Both the position numbers and the translations under genes were made by a program. From an uncultured Gammaproteobacteria bacterium (GTDB lineage: Bacteria > Pseudomonadota > Gammaproteobacteria > Pseudomonadales > Litorivicinaceae): DNA of 64,000 nt. The notes beneath the pieces are model-generated. The model ran no database searches, was not told the DNA's origin, and saw only the letters and a list, made by a program, of their open reading frames with translations. The DNA is taken from positions 5,117 through 69,116 of the forward strand of contig CAJXNQ010000006.1 in NCBI GenBank assembly GCA_913057215.1, written 5' to 3'. This document shows positions 49,892 to 59,072 of the stretch, piece by piece; positions within the stretch are counted from its first letter, which is position 1; the number at the start of each line of letters is the position of its first letter.

Positions 49892-50274
49892 GATCGCGGT
49901 CCTTATGATGCTTACTTGTCGATAGGTATATCTGGGTTTGGAAATGAATTCCAATGCGAGCGCGATTTTATTTTTTCATGTCTGGGGTTGACAAAATGGT
50001 TGTCCAAAAAAGCTGTGGATAACTAATTGGATAAATATTTTTTGAATTCTCTTAATTCAGGTAATCATTGGCTTTCGAGCAATTGGCTAAAATTTATACA
50101 ATACTTATTAATTCAATTAAAACAATATTTTAAACAATTAATGAAGACTTATTTTCACAAAAGCACGCTGTGGTATTGATGTTGGTTACTGACACACCTC
50201 CCCTAAGACCTTGTGGAAAGGTATAAAATACGATAGCCGGACACCTGCGTGTTGCCACACAAGACAACTGACCA
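49892..50274. promoter_or_regulatory. Long AT-rich divergent intergenic region
   Basis: 383 bp between divergent genes. 50021-50160 is about 21% G+C by hand count. It carries short repeats: ATTGGCT x2, TTAATTCA x2, AAACAAT x2. Confidence 0.4.
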
Positions 50275-50961
50275 ATGGATAACGCCCCTGAGATCGATTT
50301 GTACTGCGAGCGGATGACCAGTGCATGGTTTGATGAGCCGCTCGGGTTGATCAGCAATGTGGCATTTTTAATCGCGGCCTTTCAGCTGGCCCGACACCCA
50401 GGCAATCGCTGGCCAAACTGGGTACTGATTGCACTGTTGATTTGTATCGGTGTGGGTTCGGGGTTATTTCACGCCTTCGCGACTCGCCTGACACTGTTAC
50501 TTGATGTGATCCCCATTCAGCTGTTCATTCTCGCCGCAATCTGGATTTTGCTGCGCCTTCATCTATTGAGAACCCATGTGCAAAGCGGGCTGATTTTAAT
50601 TGGCTTCATGGGCGCAAGTGCCCTGATGCCAACGGGTGCACTCAACGGATCACTGGGATATGTTCCCGCTTGGGTGATGCTGGTCATTTTGGCACTGGCG
50701 CACCCAATTGGGCCAGCACGGCAATGGCTTGTGACGGCAGCAGCAGTTTTTCCAGTGTCGCTGGCCTTTCGGACTGCCGATCTTCCGGTGTGTCAGCTTT
50801 GGCCGTACGGCACCCACTTTATTTGGCATGTACTCAATGCCTATGTTTTGTACTGCGTCATTCGCGCAACACAAACCGGGGTCGCCGCGAACGATATCCC
50901 GCTTGGTGGGTCTGAGATCAGTGCGTATACTTCGGACGAAGAGAAGGAACGGACACCATGA
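50275..50961 (+). CDS. Ceramidase/CREST-superfamily-like 7-TM membrane hydrolase
   Basis: 228 aa, about 7 TM helices. N-terminal IDLYCE...EP.GLISNVAFL, plus GSGLFHA, LLDVIP and a late HFIWHVLNA (HxxxH), resembling alkaline ceramidase-type proteins. Confidence 0.55.
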   Translation: MDNAPEIDLYCERMTSAWFDEPLGLISNVAFLIAAFQLARHPGNRWPNWVLIALLICIGVGSGLFHAFATRLTLLLDVIPIQLFILAAIWILLRLHLLRTHVQSGLILIGFMGASALMPTGALNGSLGYVPAWVMLVILALAHPIGPARQWLVTAAAVFPVSLAFRTADLPVCQLWPYGTHFIWHVLNAYVLYCVIRATQTGVAANDIPLGGSEISAYTSDEEKERTP

Positions 50962-51194
50962 AACCGGCTGAATTTAAAGCATGGCGCAAGATGCTCAAAC
51001 TGACTCAGAAAGATGCAGCGCATAAACTTGGTTTGAAATCCCGAATCATTCAGTACTACGAGAAAGGTGAGCGCAATGGCGATCCTTTTGAGATCCCCAA
51101 GGCCATCGAACTGGCCTGTTATGCCATCACGCTCGGCGTCGACTCCTATTCCGGCCCAGATGTCGGCAAAAAACCAAAGAAGAAAAAAGGGTAG
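50958..51194 (+). CDS. XRE-family helix-turn-helix protein with Lys-rich tail
   Basis: FKAWRKMLKLTQKDAAHKLGLKSRIIQYYEKGER is an HTH_3-like pattern. C-terminal GKKPKKKKG. ATGA overlap with the upstream gene. Confidence 0.7.
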   Translation: MKPAEFKAWRKMLKLTQKDAAHKLGLKSRIIQYYEKGERNGDPFEIPKAIELACYAITLGVDSYSGPDVGKKPKKKKG

Positions 51195-51283
51195 AAAGAG
51201 AGCGTCTAATCAAAGAAAAGAAGTAACATGAGCCCTCCATGATCGTAATGCGTTAAGTCGTCACCTGGGGGCTCGGAGGATTC

Positions 51284-51793
51284 ATGCACCGTTATTCAGT
51301 CCCACTTGCTCTCACCGTTTGCATCTCATGCGTAGCGCTCCTATTGACAGCGCTTTACATGGAGTACGTGTCTGGGCTCGTTCCGTGTGCGTTATGCCTT
51401 GCACAACGCGGTGCATTTGCAGCGATCGGTGTCGCGGCATTGCTCTACGTCATCCCGATGTATCGACTCAAACTGATTACTGGCGCGCTGGTCGTTGTCA
51501 GCGCACTGTTGGGGATGTGGCTTGCAGGGCGGCAAGTGTGGCTCCAATCGTTGCCAGAAGATGAAGTACCCGCCTGTGGGCCGGATATTTACTTTGTGCT
51601 CGATCGTTTTCCACTCAGTGAAAGTTTCAAAACATTAATGCTGGGATCTGGAAGCTGTGCTGAGGTGCAATGGCAGTTTTTAGGTGTATCGATCCCCGGA
51701 TGGACCCTCATCTGGTTCACGCTGATGTGTATCGCAGGGCTCTGGCTGATGCTGTTTCGAGGTGATCGCCCGTTTCGTCTGTTTAAAGAGTAA
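51284..51793 (+). CDS. dsbB: Disulfide bond formation protein B
   Basis: 4 TM helices. First periplasmic loop CALCLAQR (CxxC), second Cys pair in the large loop. Confidence 0.88.
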   Translation: MHRYSVPLALTVCISCVALLLTALYMEYVSGLVPCALCLAQRGAFAAIGVAALLYVIPMYRLKLITGALVVVSALLGMWLAGRQVWLQSLPEDEVPACGPDIYFVLDRFPLSESFKTLMLGSGSCAEVQWQFLGVSIPGWTLIWFTLMCIAGLWLMLFRGDRPFRLFKE

Positions 51794-51795
51794 CG

Positions 51796-52662
51796 CTACC
51801 GCATAAAGAGGACTGGGGTCACGGAGCGCTCCAGCATCCGTGTGGTTTGACTGCCAACCAGAAACTGGCGGATCCGAGAGTGTCCGTATGCACCCATCAC
51901 CGTCAGATCAATCCGATGAGTCTGTTGATACTGAACGAGAGCCTCTGTCACCGACCCATTGAGCCGTTCGGCAGTCACTGACAGGCCATGGCCCTCAAGC
52001 CGCATGTGTGCTGCCTCAAAGGCCTCCACTTGATTCAAATCGCCGGTGTGCACCATCACCAAATGGATTGACAGTGATTCAAAGAGCGGACTCTCCATCA
52101 TCCGTTTCAGTACACGCTCTGCCGTCTCGCTTCCATCAAAGGCAAACATCACATCGGTTGGCACCTGAAACCGTTCCGCGACCACCAGTACAGGCGTTTT
52201 CACCGAACGAATCACGCTCTCGATATGGCTGCCAAGCGCCTCTGGAAACCCTGCATGCGCCTCGCCTTGTCGGCCGATTACAACGGCACGCGTCCTGTCT
52301 GCCAAATCGTCGAGCGTCTCAACCAATCCGCCGTGACGCTGCACCATCTCGACCTGCTGCAAACCCGCATCCTTGGCGCGTGAGACGACTGCTTCCAGCA
52401 TCAGTTTGCCCTGCTTGAGTTCTAAATGAGCACGCTGAGCCTCGAGCTCAATCAGCTCATTGAGAAGATCCTCGCGCGCACCCAAACCGATAGAACCCGA
52501 CAGGTCTCCGGTCATGGGTAGATCCTCATGCTCAAGGGCATGCAAAAAAGTCAGGGGACGATCCAGATTTTGCGCCATCCACACGCTGGCATCACACACC
52601 GACTCTGTGGCTTTCGATCCGTCTACGCAACCGACAATCTGTTCCATAGAATCCTCCATCAA
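51796..52662 (-). CDS. Tandem universal stress protein (UspE-like)
   Basis: 288 aa, two Usp domains, each ending in ...VLVV / ...PVLFMR type strands. Confidence 0.85.
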   Translation of the reverse strand: MMEDSMEQIVGCVDGSKATESVCDASVWMAQNLDRPLTFLHALEHEDLPMTGDLSGSIGLGAREDLLNELIELEAQRAHLELKQGKLMLEAVVSRAKDAGLQQVEMVQRHGGLVETLDDLADRTRAVVIGRQGEAHAGFPEALGSHIESVIRSVKTPVLVVAERFQVPTDVMFAFDGSETAERVLKRMMESPLFESLSIHLVMVHTGDLNQVEAFEAAHMRLEGHGLSVTAERLNGSVTEALVQYQQTHRIDLTVMGAYGHSRIRQFLVGSQTTRMLERSVTPVLFMR

Positions 52663-54143
52663 TGCCCTGTCAAAATATCAGAGACGTCATCTTTATCATG
52701 CACACCAAAACGATCGACAATCGTACGACTGGCTTCATTCATCCCGACAAGCTCGACTTCAGCCCCCTCACGTCGAAATTTCATCACCACCTTATCAAGC
52801 GCTCCAACAGCGGTCAGATCCCAAAAATGAGCCTGCTCGAGGTCAATCACGATCCGCTCATTGACCTCTTTGAAATCGAAGGACTGAGTGAAGCTCTCTG
52901 AAGACGCAAAAAACACCTGTCCAACCACCTGATAGCGACGTGTGCCGGCATCAATGCGCTCAGACCTGACAAGCATGAAGCGCCCCACCTTATTTGCAAA
53001 AAATAAGGCAGCCAACAACACGCCCACAAACACGCCCAAGGCTAAGTTGTGCGTCAAGACCACGACGACCACGGTGGACACCATCACCATCGAGCTCGAC
53101 GGCGGATGGTCCTTGATGTTGATGACCGAATCCCAAGCAAAGGTTCCGATCGAAACCATGATCATCACAGCCACCAATGCAGCCATTGGGATCTGCGCAA
53201 TCAGCTCGTCAAGAAACACCACCATCACGATCAGGAAAACACCGGCGATCAGCGTTGAGAGTCGACCACGCCCTCCTGACTTGATGTTGATGACGGACTG
53301 TCCAATCATCGCGCAACCGGCCATACCACCAAAGCAGCCCGCGACCACATTGGAGAGCCCCTGGCCACGACACTCTTTGTTCTTATCACTCTCGGTATCG
53401 GTCAGATCATCGACAATGGTCGCGGTCATCAAAGACTCCAAAAGACCGACAACCGCCAACGATATCGAATAGGGCAACACGATCAACAGGGTGTCCAATG
53501 TCAGTGGGACGTCCGGCCACAAGAAAAATGGCAACGTATCAGGGAGTGCTCCCAAGTCCCCAACGGTGCGCACATCCAGATTCATCGCCAGACAGACAAC
53601 AGTGATCAGCACAATGCACACCAAGGGGGATGGAATCGCACGACCCACCCACGGCAGATATGGAAATCCATAAATGATGACCAAGCCGGCGATCGTCAAA
53701 GCATATACAGGCCAGTGAACCCCCGTGAGCTCGGGCAATTGCGCCATAAAAATCAGGATTGCCAATGCATTGACAAAGCCTGTGACGACCGAGCGTGAGA
53801 CAAAGCGCATCAGGCTTCCCAATTTCAGGTACCCCGCACCGATCTGCAGTACGCCGGTCAAGATCGTGGCAGCCAACAAATACTCAAGACCGTGCTCTTT
53901 CACCAAGGTCACCATCAACAGCGCCATGGCTCCCGTGGCCGCCGAGATCATGCCCGGTCTGCCGCCTGTGAAGGCAATCACGACAGCGATACAGAACGAG
54001 GCGTACAAACCAACTTTGGGATCCACGCCTGCAATGATGGAAAAGGCAATTGCCTCGGGAATTAAAGCCAGCGCAACAACGAGTCCAGATAAAACATCAC
54101 CGCGGGCATTGGCAAGCCAGTCCCGACGAAGCGTATCGCGCAT
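52659..54143 (-). CDS. SulP-family anion transporter with C-terminal STAS domain
   Basis: 494 aa. N-terminal [20 protein letters not shown], many TM helices, and a C-terminal STAS segment ([16 protein letters not shown]...). Confidence 0.92.
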   Translation of the reverse strand: MRDTLRRDWLANARGDVLSGLVVALALIPEAIAFSIIAGVDPKVGLYASFCIAVVIAFTGGRPGMISAATGAMALLMVTLVKEHGLEYLLAATILTGVLQIGAGYLKLGSLMRFVSRSVVTGFVNALAILIFMAQLPELTGVHWPVYALTIAGLVIIYGFPYLPWVGRAIPSPLVCIVLITVVCLAMNLDVRTVGDLGALPDTLPFFLWPDVPLTLDTLLIVLPYSISLAVVGLLESLMTATIVDDLTDTESDKNKECRGQGLSNVVAGCFGGMAGCAMIGQSVINIKSGGRGRLSTLIAGVFLIVMVVFLDELIAQIPMAALVAVMIMVSIGTFAWDSVINIKDHPPSSSMVMVSTVVVVVLTHNLALGVFVGVLLAALFFANKVGRFMLVRSERIDAGTRRYQVVGQVFFASSESFTQSFDFKEVNERIVIDLEQAHFWDLTAVGALDKVVMKFRREGAEVELVGMNEASRTIVDRFGVHDKDDVSDILTGH

Positions 54144-54191
54144 GCAAGATCCTTGAATTCATCCGTGAAATTGGGCGCAAGTCTAGCAGAC

Positions 54192-55037
54192 TCAGCCGGT
54201 CTCGACAGGCCAGTCCTCCTGACTGCCCCATTCAGACCACGAGCCGTCATACAACTTGGGCTCTGCCAATCCAACCACGTCCATGGCCAGTGCCAACACA
54301 CAGGCCGTCACTCCAGAGCCACAACTGACGACAACCTGGGTATGATCGAGGTCGAACTGATTGAATCGAGCCTCAAGCTCCGCTTTTGGAAGAAGCATCA
54401 ATGTCTCTGCATCCAAGAGACTTGAGAACGGCACATTATGACTTCCTGGGATATGCCCTGAACGCATGCCCGGTCTTGGCTCCTCCACCTCACCCACAAA
54501 TCGAGGTCGAGCTCTCGCGTCCAAGATCGTATGCTCTTTAGAGTCCAGCCCTTTTAAAATCTCATCGGCCGTCACAACCCAGTGTGCTCGACTTTTTGAT
54601 TTAAACGGATATTTCGGTGGAAACACACGCCCACGACCACTTTCAAGCGCCCCACCAGCTGCCTGCCAAGCCGGCAAACCGCCATCCAAGACAGCAACAC
54701 GATCGTGCCCAAAATACCGAAACATCCACCAGGCTCGGGCTGCTGAAAACAATCCCTGAGTGTCATATACAACGATTTGCATCTCCGCACCCACGCCCAA
54801 ATCTTGCATGGCAGCATCGAACTCCTCTGGACTCGGCAACATATGCGGGAGCGGATTATCAAGCGCTTTAATTTCGTCGATGTCGAAACGTACCGCGCCC
54901 GGAATATGCCCCTCGATGAACTCAAGATCCGCGTTTCGATGTGCGTTTGGCAAATGATAAGAAGCATCCAGTACACGCAAGTCGGTATCCGACAGATGTG
55001 TTTGAAGCCATTCAGCAGACACCAACTGATTCAGCAT
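54192..55037 (-). CDS. sseA: 3-mercaptopyruvate sulfurtransferase (tandem rhodanese)
   Basis: Two rhodanese domains. The active-site loop CGSGVTA is diagnostic of MST rather than thiosulfate sulfurtransferase. I chose the ATG at 55037. Confidence 0.88.
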   Translation of the reverse strand: MLNQLVSAEWLQTHLSDTDLRVLDASYHLPNAHRNADLEFIEGHIPGAVRFDIDEIKALDNPLPHMLPSPEEFDAAMQDLGVGAEMQIVVYDTQGLFSAARAWWMFRYFGHDRVAVLDGGLPAWQAAGGALESGRGRVFPPKYPFKSKSRAHWVVTADEILKGLDSKEHTILDARARPRFVGEVEEPRPGMRSGHIPGSHNVPFSSLLDAETLMLLPKAELEARFNQFDLDHTQVVVSCGSGVTACVLALAMDVVGLAEPKLYDGSWSEWGSQEDWPVETG

Positions 55038-55108
55038 GGGGCCTTTTCCTCGTATTGACACAATGAACACTTTAAAGTGCCGACTCACTCCCGACAACGG
55101 AATTCATC

Positions 55109-56311
55109 ATGTCGCGAACTGATCGACACGCCGGCCCACGCGAATTTATCACGCTCTGCGCGTTCTTAATGGCGACGATTGCGCTTGCTGTTGACATGAT
55201 GCTCCCGGCCCTTGATGCAATCGCATTGGATTTAAGTCTTCATGACCCTGCCCAAAAACCGGGGATTATTCTGAGTATCTTTGCAGGCTTGGTGATTGGA
55301 CAACTCTTCTTTGGTCCACTGTCGGATGCCATCGGACGCTATCCCTCAATTCTCATTGGTATGGGTATTTTCCTTGTCGGCACGGTCATCTGCGCGTTGT
55401 CCGGGAATTATGCAACCTTGATCATGGGTCGTTTGATTCAAGGGTTTGGAGCCTCAGCTGCCCGCATTGTGACCCAGGCCATGATCCGAGATCGATTCAG
55501 CGGTACTGAAATGGCACGTGTCATGTCGTTCGTCATGACCATTTTCATCGTGATTCCCGTGTTCGCTCCCATGGCAGGACAGGTCATTTTATGGTTTGGC
55601 GACTGGCATCTCCTGTTTGTCAGTCTCGGCGTTTTCAGTGGCGGGATCACACTTTGGTTTGGTATGCGCCAACCAGAGACCATCCGCTACCGTCTACCCT
55701 TTTCCATACAACGACTCAAAGAGGCCGCCGTATTTGTGGTTAAAAGCCATAAATCCATGCGCTTTACCGTGGCCGCCGGCATCAGTTTTGGAGGACTGTT
55801 AAGCTATCTGGCAAGCGCACAACCCATTTTCCAAACGCTGTATCAGACTGGGGAATGGTTCCCTGTCTTATTTGGATTGAGTGCGGCCTTCATCGCATTG
55901 TCCTCGATGGTCAACGCACAGATTGTGAGGCGGTATGGGATGGAGCGCATTTGTCGAATCGCGTTTGTCACCCAAATCACGTGGACAGCAATCCATGTCA
56001 CCGCATTGCTTTTTATTGGCTCAATGAATCTCCTCTTTTGGATGATTTACATCACCCCTGTTCTATTTCTGATGGGTCTCACGTTCTCGAATCTTCAAGC
56101 GGTCGCCATGGAGCCAATGGGTCATATCGCAGGTGTTGCTTCGACGGTCATCGGCTCGATGATGACCGGTCTCAGTTTGGTGGTTGGATTTGGATTTTCG
56201 TTGTTGTTTGAAAACGACATCATGACCCTGCTGGTCACTTTCATGATCACAGGTGTCCTAGCACGGATTCTGATTCACGATGCAGTGTTTGCCAAACGCG
56301 CGCCCGCATGA
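55109..56311 (+). CDS. MFS transporter, Bcr/CflA drug-resistance subfamily
   Basis: 400 aa, 12 TM helices. GPLSDAIGR and the motif-A region are typical of Bcr/CflA. Confidence 0.85.
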   Translation: MSRTDRHAGPREFITLCAFLMATIALAVDMMLPALDAIALDLSLHDPAQKPGIILSIFAGLVIGQLFFGPLSDAIGRYPSILIGMGIFLVGTVICALSGNYATLIMGRLIQGFGASAARIVTQAMIRDRFSGTEMARVMSFVMTIFIVIPVFAPMAGQVILWFGDWHLLFVSLGVFSGGITLWFGMRQPETIRYRLPFSIQRLKEAAVFVVKSHKSMRFTVAAGISFGGLLSYLASAQPIFQTLYQTGEWFPVLFGLSAAFIALSSMVNAQIVRRYGMERICRIAFVTQITWTAIHVTALLFIGSMNLLFWMIYITPVLFLMGLTFSNLQAVAMEPMGHIAGVASTVIGSMMTGLSLVVGFGFSLLFENDIMTLLVTFMITGVLARILIHDAVFAKRAPA

Positions 56312-57297
56312 TCGAACAGCAACAGATCCTTTGCCTCGCAATATACATTGAATGTGTCGCCGATGGATTTTGTGTGGACGCCTTCAATCCGAATCGTCAA
56401 TGCATGCCCCCCGGACAACGCCCCATACACGATCGTCTCTGAACCCAACTCTTCAATGAGGTCAATCGTAAACAGCCCCAAGTCGACTTCACCGGTCTCT
56501 TGAAGATGCTCTGGTCGAATACACACCTCAACGCACTCCGACGGGAGGCCTGGGATCAGCGCTGGATCCAGCCGATTTATTGCCGGCGAACCGATAAAGC
56601 CAGCGACGAAACTCGTCTGTGGATTGCGATACACGTCAAGCGGCGTCCCGATCTGTTCTACACGCCCTTGATTCATCACCACCAATCGATCGGCCATTGT
56701 CATGGCTTCAATTTGATCATGCGTGACAAACACGCTCGTGATACCAAGACGTCGCTGCAATTGCCGAATTTCCAAGCGCATGGTGGCGCGCAGCGAAGCA
56801 TCCAAATTTGAAAGTGGCTCATCGAATAAAAAAATCCGAGGCTCGCGCACCAGCGCACGTCCCATCGCAACGCGTTGACGCTGTCCACCCGACAACTGCA
56901 TGGGCTTTCTGTCCAAATAGTCAGTCAATCGCAGTAATTCGGCAGCCTCCAGAACCCGCTGGCGAATCGACTCTTTCGGGACCTTACGATTCTTGAGCGC
57001 GTACGCCATGTTCCCAAAGACCGTCATGTGCGGATACAGCGCATAATTCTGAAACACCATGGCCACGTCGCGCTTGGCAGGTGGTACGCCATCCAACACA
57101 TCTTGATCCAATGCAATGGAACCACTGTCTTGCACCTCAAGGCCTGCAATCATTCTAAGCAATGTTGATTTTCCGCAGCCGGATGGGCCAAGTAGTGCCA
57201 GAAATTCGCCATCACCCACCTCAATTGACACCGAGTCAACTGCGCGGCTTCCCGCTTGGAATGATTTACAAATATCACTGAGGATGAGCGTTGCCAT
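56275..57297 (-). CDS. ugpC: sn-glycerol-3-phosphate ABC transporter ATP-binding protein
   Basis: Walker [10 protein letters not shown], signature LSGGQRQRV, Walker B LFDEPLS, plus a MalK/UgpC-type C-terminal regulatory domain. Confidence 0.85.
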   Translation of the reverse strand: MATLILSDICKSFQAGSRAVDSVSIEVGDGEFLALLGPSGCGKSTLLRMIAGLEVQDSGSIALDQDVLDGVPPAKRDVAMVFQNYALYPHMTVFGNMAYALKNRKVPKESIRQRVLEAAELLRLTDYLDRKPMQLSGGQRQRVAMGRALVREPRIFLFDEPLSNLDASLRATMRLEIRQLQRRLGITSVFVTHDQIEAMTMADRLVVMNQGRVEQIGTPLDVYRNPQTSFVAGFIGSPAINRLDPALIPGLPSECVEVCIRPEHLQETGEVDLGLFTIDLIEELGSETIVYGALSGGHALTIRIEGVHTKSIGDTFNVYCEAKDLLLFDHAGARLANTAS

Positions 57298-58148
57298 TAT
57301 TTGTCACTCTCCAAAAGTCCTTTGATGAACATTTTCTGAAAAATTAAAACGATTCCGATTGGCGGGAGGAGTGCCAAGACAGCCAATGCAAAGCCACGGT
57401 TATATTCCGGAATGCGCGATTCATCGAGATTCTGCATCACTTGCTTAATGCCATACACGATCGTCACGTAATCATCGTTCGTGGTCATCAACAACGGCCA
57501 CAAGTACTGATTCCACCCCACAACAAACATGATAATGAAGAGCGCAGCCATCATGGTTTTTGACAATGGCATTAAAATATCGATAAAGAATTTGATTGGA
57601 CCTGCCCCATCCAGCTTGGCCGCTTCAAGCACCTCTTCTGGCACCGATCGGAAGAATTGGCGGAAAAAGAAGGTCCCTGTCGCTGATGCGATCAGGGGCA
57701 CAATGAGACCGGTGTAACTGTTCAGCAACCCAAGATCTGCGACCACTTTATAGGAGGGAATAATCCGGACCTCCAAGGGAAGTAGCAGCGTCGAGAAAAT
57801 CACCCAAAATAAAAAAGTCCCAAGCGGGAAGCGAAAATACACAATGGCGTAAGCAGCCGTCATCGAGATGGCAATCTTGCCGATCGCAAATCCAACGCCG
57901 AGGATCATGCTATTCAGCAGCATACGTGCAGCTGTAATCTGTTCCGTGAACCCCTTTTTTTCGGTCAACACCGACCAGTAGGTCTCCACCAGTTGATCGC
58001 CGGGAATCACCTGTAGGCCATGCCGAATCAGATACTCAGCCGGATAGGTTGATGAAGCGAACACGACCCAAAGCGGGGTGACCAAAAACAATATCCCAAG
58101 AATCAGAATGGCATGATCTGCAAGTTGATAGCGATGCAAACGATTCAT
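57297..58148 (-). CDS. ugpE: sn-glycerol-3-phosphate ABC transporter permease
   Basis: 283 aa, CUT1-type permease with an EAA loop ([15 protein letters not shown]). Confidence 0.85.
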   Translation of the reverse strand: MNRLHRYQLADHAILILGILFLVTPLWVVFASSTYPAEYLIRHGLQVIPGDQLVETYWSVLTEKKGFTEQITAARMLLNSMILGVGFAIGKIAISMTAAYAIVYFRFPLGTFLFWVIFSTLLLPLEVRIIPSYKVVADLGLLNSYTGLIVPLIASATGTFFFRQFFRSVPEEVLEAAKLDGAGPIKFFIDILMPLSKTMMAALFIIMFVVGWNQYLWPLLMTTNDDYVTIVYGIKQVMQNLDESRIPEYNRGFALAVLALLPPIGIVLIFQKMFIKGLLESDK

Positions 58149-59032
58149 GTGTAGTGCACCCGTTTCTCGATATAACGAAATTGAACGACCGTCAGCAACA
58201 ACACGATCACCATCAAAATCACCGACTGGGCCGAAGACCCGCCGAGGTCGGCTCCTTTGAAGCCATCGACGTAGACCTTGTAGACCAGAGTCTGTGCGCC
58301 ACTCGGCGGCCCAAAGGGATACACCGTGTCAATCACACCGAAGGTTTCAAAAACGGCGTAGCTGATATTAATCACGAGCAAGAAAAACAGTGTCGGAGCC
58401 AGAAGCGGTAACGTAATGGACCAAAATCGCCGGAAGCCATTGGGATTATCGAGTAGAGAAGCCTCGAGCACATTGCGGGGAATGGCTTGTAGCCCTGCAA
58501 CCAAAAATACAAAGTTGACACTGATCTGTTTCCAAATGGATCCTGATGCGAGGACCAGCCACGCATCCATTGCATCCAATCTCGGTTCGAACCAGGTGTC
58601 TGTCGAAAACTGATTGAGGAAATCATACAGCGGCCCGATCTGCGGCGAATACAAAAACCGTGCAATCAAACCTGCAACCGCAGGCGCAATCGCGTATGAC
58701 CACGTTAGAAACGGCCGATACGTTGAAGACAACCTCAACAACCCATCCACTTTGACAGCAAATAAGAGTGCCAAGATGATGGAGAGTAATGCGACTACTG
58801 CAGAAAAAATCACAGTTGAAAAAAAGACAGCGCGGTAGTTTTCGTCTGAGATCACATCCCAATAGTTGTCAAACCACACAAACTGGTTGGATAGGCCCCA
58901 GGGGTCTTCCAAAAAAAATGACAGTCTAAAGGCCTCAAACGATGGCCATAAGAAAAAAACCCCGATGATCAGCATCTGAGGCAACACGAACACGTACGGG
59001 ATCGGGCTATGCCCGAAGTGAACTCGTTTCAT
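58145..59032 (-). CDS. ugpA: sn-glycerol-3-phosphate ABC transporter permease
   Basis: 295 aa, CUT1-type permease with an EAA-like loop (LEASLLDNPNGFRRFW). Confidence 0.85.
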   Translation of the reverse strand: MKRVHFGHSPIPYVFVLPQMLIIGVFFLWPSFEAFRLSFFLEDPWGLSNQFVWFDNYWDVISDENYRAVFFSTVIFSAVVALLSIILALLFAVKVDGLLRLSSTYRPFLTWSYAIAPAVAGLIARFLYSPQIGPLYDFLNQFSTDTWFEPRLDAMDAWLVLASGSIWKQISVNFVFLVAGLQAIPRNVLEASLLDNPNGFRRFWSITLPLLAPTLFFLLVINISYAVFETFGVIDTVYPFGPPSGAQTLVYKVYVDGFKGADLGGSSAQSVILMVIVLLLTVVQFRYIEKRVHYT

Positions 59033-59039
59033 AAGTTAG

Positions 59040-59060
59040 GCGGGGAGCTTTGCTCCCCGC
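59040..59060 (-). other. Perfect 9-bp stem / 3-nt loop hairpin between ugpB and ugpA
   Basis: GCGGGGAGC-TTT-GCTCCCCGC read directly. No U-tract on the transcribed strand, so it is more likely a partial attenuator or 3'-end stabiliser than a full terminator. Confidence 0.6.
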
Positions 59061-59072
59061 ACTCACCGATTA

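Noticed and set aside
50014-50022. A perfect DnaA box (TGTGGATAA) in an AT-rich region, considered as a possible replication origin.
   Set aside because: There is only a single box and no cluster of boxes. No 13-mer-type AT repeats in a recognisable arrangement, and no dnaA/gidA/mioC-type neighbours. One perfect 9-mer in 64 kb on two strands is close to chance expectation.
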